Assembly: GCA_049472355.1 (NCBI GenBank) | Contig: JBLIRP010000011.1 | Coordinates: 1-55,870, forward strand | Origin: a bacterium | GTDB taxonomy: Bacteria > SZUA-182 > DTGQ01 > JAFGSM01 | Length of the DNA: 55,870 nt | Direction: 5' to 3' | In this document: piece after piece, positions 54,565 through 55,870 of the stretch | How positions within the stretch are numbered: the first letter of the stretch is position 1 | Layout of the letters: every line of letters begins with the position of its first letter | Made by a program: the position numbers and the translations under genes | The notes under the pieces: generated by a model | What the model was told of the DNA's origin: nothing | What the model saw: the letters and a program-made list of their open reading frames with translations, nothing else | The model's database searches: none

Positions 54565-54737
54565 TTTCCGATCCTTTTCTTTGCCTCATCATGACTTATG
54601 ACTTTCCCCTCGTCAATTTGTTTCAGGCTCTTATCAACTTTTTGTTTGAAATATATTTCTGCCATAATTTCATCGTATCCAACTTCATCAGGCAAGTTTT
54701 TTATCATTTTGACAACTTCTTCTTTTATTGTAGGCAT
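54552..54737 (-). CDS. Cognate antitoxin of the RelE/ParE toxin
   Basis: 61 aa, KEEVVKMIKNLPD...IDEGKVISHDEAKKRI. AAGGAG RBS; directly upstream of the toxin. Confidence 0.8.
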   Translation of the reverse strand: MPTIKEEVVKMIKNLPDEVGYDEIMAEIYFKQKVDKSLKQIDEGKVISHDEAKKRIGKWIK

Positions 54738-55159
54738 TTACTAATCTCCTTGCTTTAATTTTATAAGATTAATTAACCATCTATGTAATACTTCGTGAGA
54801 CTTTCTAATATTTTTGATGAGGTAATGGACGTCTCTATTTGCTTTTAAAAAGTTTTTTAGAACAATTTTTCTGAAAAGAAACTTATAATGGTTACATGAT
54901 ATAATGATGCCTGCACGAGCCCTATATTTATAAAATATCTGAATCTCAGATGGCGTAGAAAAAATCTAAGTAAGAGTGATTGGTGTTCTATTATTATAGT
55001 AAATGGTAATATATATTGTATAACACGGTGTGAATGATCTTGTCAATAGCCGATTTTGGGATGAAGTCTCATACGGACTAGTTCGGAGTGCAGGCAGTGG
55101 CTTAAATAATGTGCCATAATGACTTTATCCTTTTCCATTTCCAAGCATGAGATCTGATC

Positions 55160-55870
55160 CTATACGTTCTCCATCTTCTCTGCCACGGCGATAATCGATT
55201 GCCCCGGCCAAGGGAGGAAGGGATCGATTCCCTTCCACAGCCATACGAAAAGATCGAAGCATTTGAGCTGAATCCTGCTGAAATGCCTTCTTTTAAACAA
55301 GGTGCCATTGATGAACCAGCCTATTATACTTATTTTATTGAATGTTTTCAGGTGGCTGATGCCGAATCCGGCCTCCTTCAGCAGGTCCTTCACTTGTTGC
55401 GTCTTGTACCTCCTCTTGTGCCCCAGGACCTTATCGAATGAATTGTAAAGAAAGGGGCAATTGGGCACAAGGACGATGGCCTTGCCTCCCTTCACAAGCA
55501 ATCGATTGATATTGCTGAGCACCTGCACATGATCCTCCAGATGTTCCAGCACATTGATGCACAGGACGGTATCATATCTTCCCTGGACCTTCTTGATATC
55601 CCTTTCATCCTCGATATTTAATTGCATGACGTCAACATTCGGCCTGTTCATGAATATATTGTGCAGCTTATCGATATGGATGGGATCGATATCAGAGCAG
55701 GTATAGTGGTCCACCGGCAGGAACTCCAGGGCCATTGTCCCGATACCCGAGCCTATCTCCAGCACGATGTTCCCCAAATAAGGCTTAAGATAGGAGGCAA
55801 GCCATTTATTGAAACGGTGTGTCTTGGACATGGCAAAGAGTATTCGTTTATCTTCATCCTTGTAGATATC
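55160..55870 (-). CDS. Class I SAM-dependent methyltransferase domain, 5'-truncated by the window edge (probably the C-terminal half of a larger protein such as a GT2 fusion)
   Basis: VLEIGSGIG, DTVLCINVLEH, GHKRRY. The frame stays open to the window end (DIYKDEDKRILFAMSK...). Confidence 0.82.
   Translation of the reverse strand, partial: DIYKDEDKRILFAMSKTHRFNKWLASYLKPYLGNIVLEIGSGIGTMALEFLPVDHYTCSDIDPIHIDKLHNIFMNRPNVDVMQLNIEDERDIKKVQGRYDTVLCINVLEHLEDHVQVLSNINRLLVKGGKAIVLVPNCPFLYNSFDKVLGHKRRYKTQQVKDLLKEAGFGISHLKTFNKISIIGWFINGTLFKRRHFSRIQLKCFDLFVWLWKGIDPFLPWPGQSIIAVAEKMENV

Noticed and set aside
1..55870. tRNA, rRNA, integrase, transposase, prophage, retron or DGR components
   Set aside because: No matching motifs were recognised by eye in any ORF or intergenic region. 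A tRNAscan/cmscan/HMM run would be needed to exclude divergent cases.

Overview
Chromosomal window from a diderm bacterium (TonB receptor and predicted outer-membrane beta-barrels). The gene content is reminiscent of Desulfobacterota-like anaerobes, but taxonomy cannot be fixed from this window. Housekeeping and metabolic genes: GcvT-SHMT fusion, acyl-CoA synthetase, deoC, pdp, ligase-ACP-PlsC fusion, GDPD, Fe-ADH, manC, clpB, tmk, a cobalamin-riboswitch-controlled btuB-F-D-C operon and a TRAP dctPQM operon. These are interleaved with a rich set of cell-surface loci: (i) two paralogous large secreted proteins of unrecognised family with co-conserved 5' leaders; (ii) a non-canonical chaperone-usher-like cluster (two paralogous pilin-like subunits, chaperone-like protein, usher-like barrel) with a sigma54-type promoter and a ~54-bp phased repeat array built from the chaperone gene's 3' end; (iii) an orphan vWA/PilY1-like adhesin behind a UAS-IHF-sigma54 promoter and a c-di-GMP-I riboswitch; (iv) GT-C+TPR and sulfatase-like+TPR proteins. 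There are three type II toxin-antitoxin loci, one with only a frameshifted vapC stub, and several short intergenic repeat tracts. I recognised no rRNA, tRNA, CRISPR array, integrase or transposase. All family assignments come from motifs recognised by eye, not from database searches.
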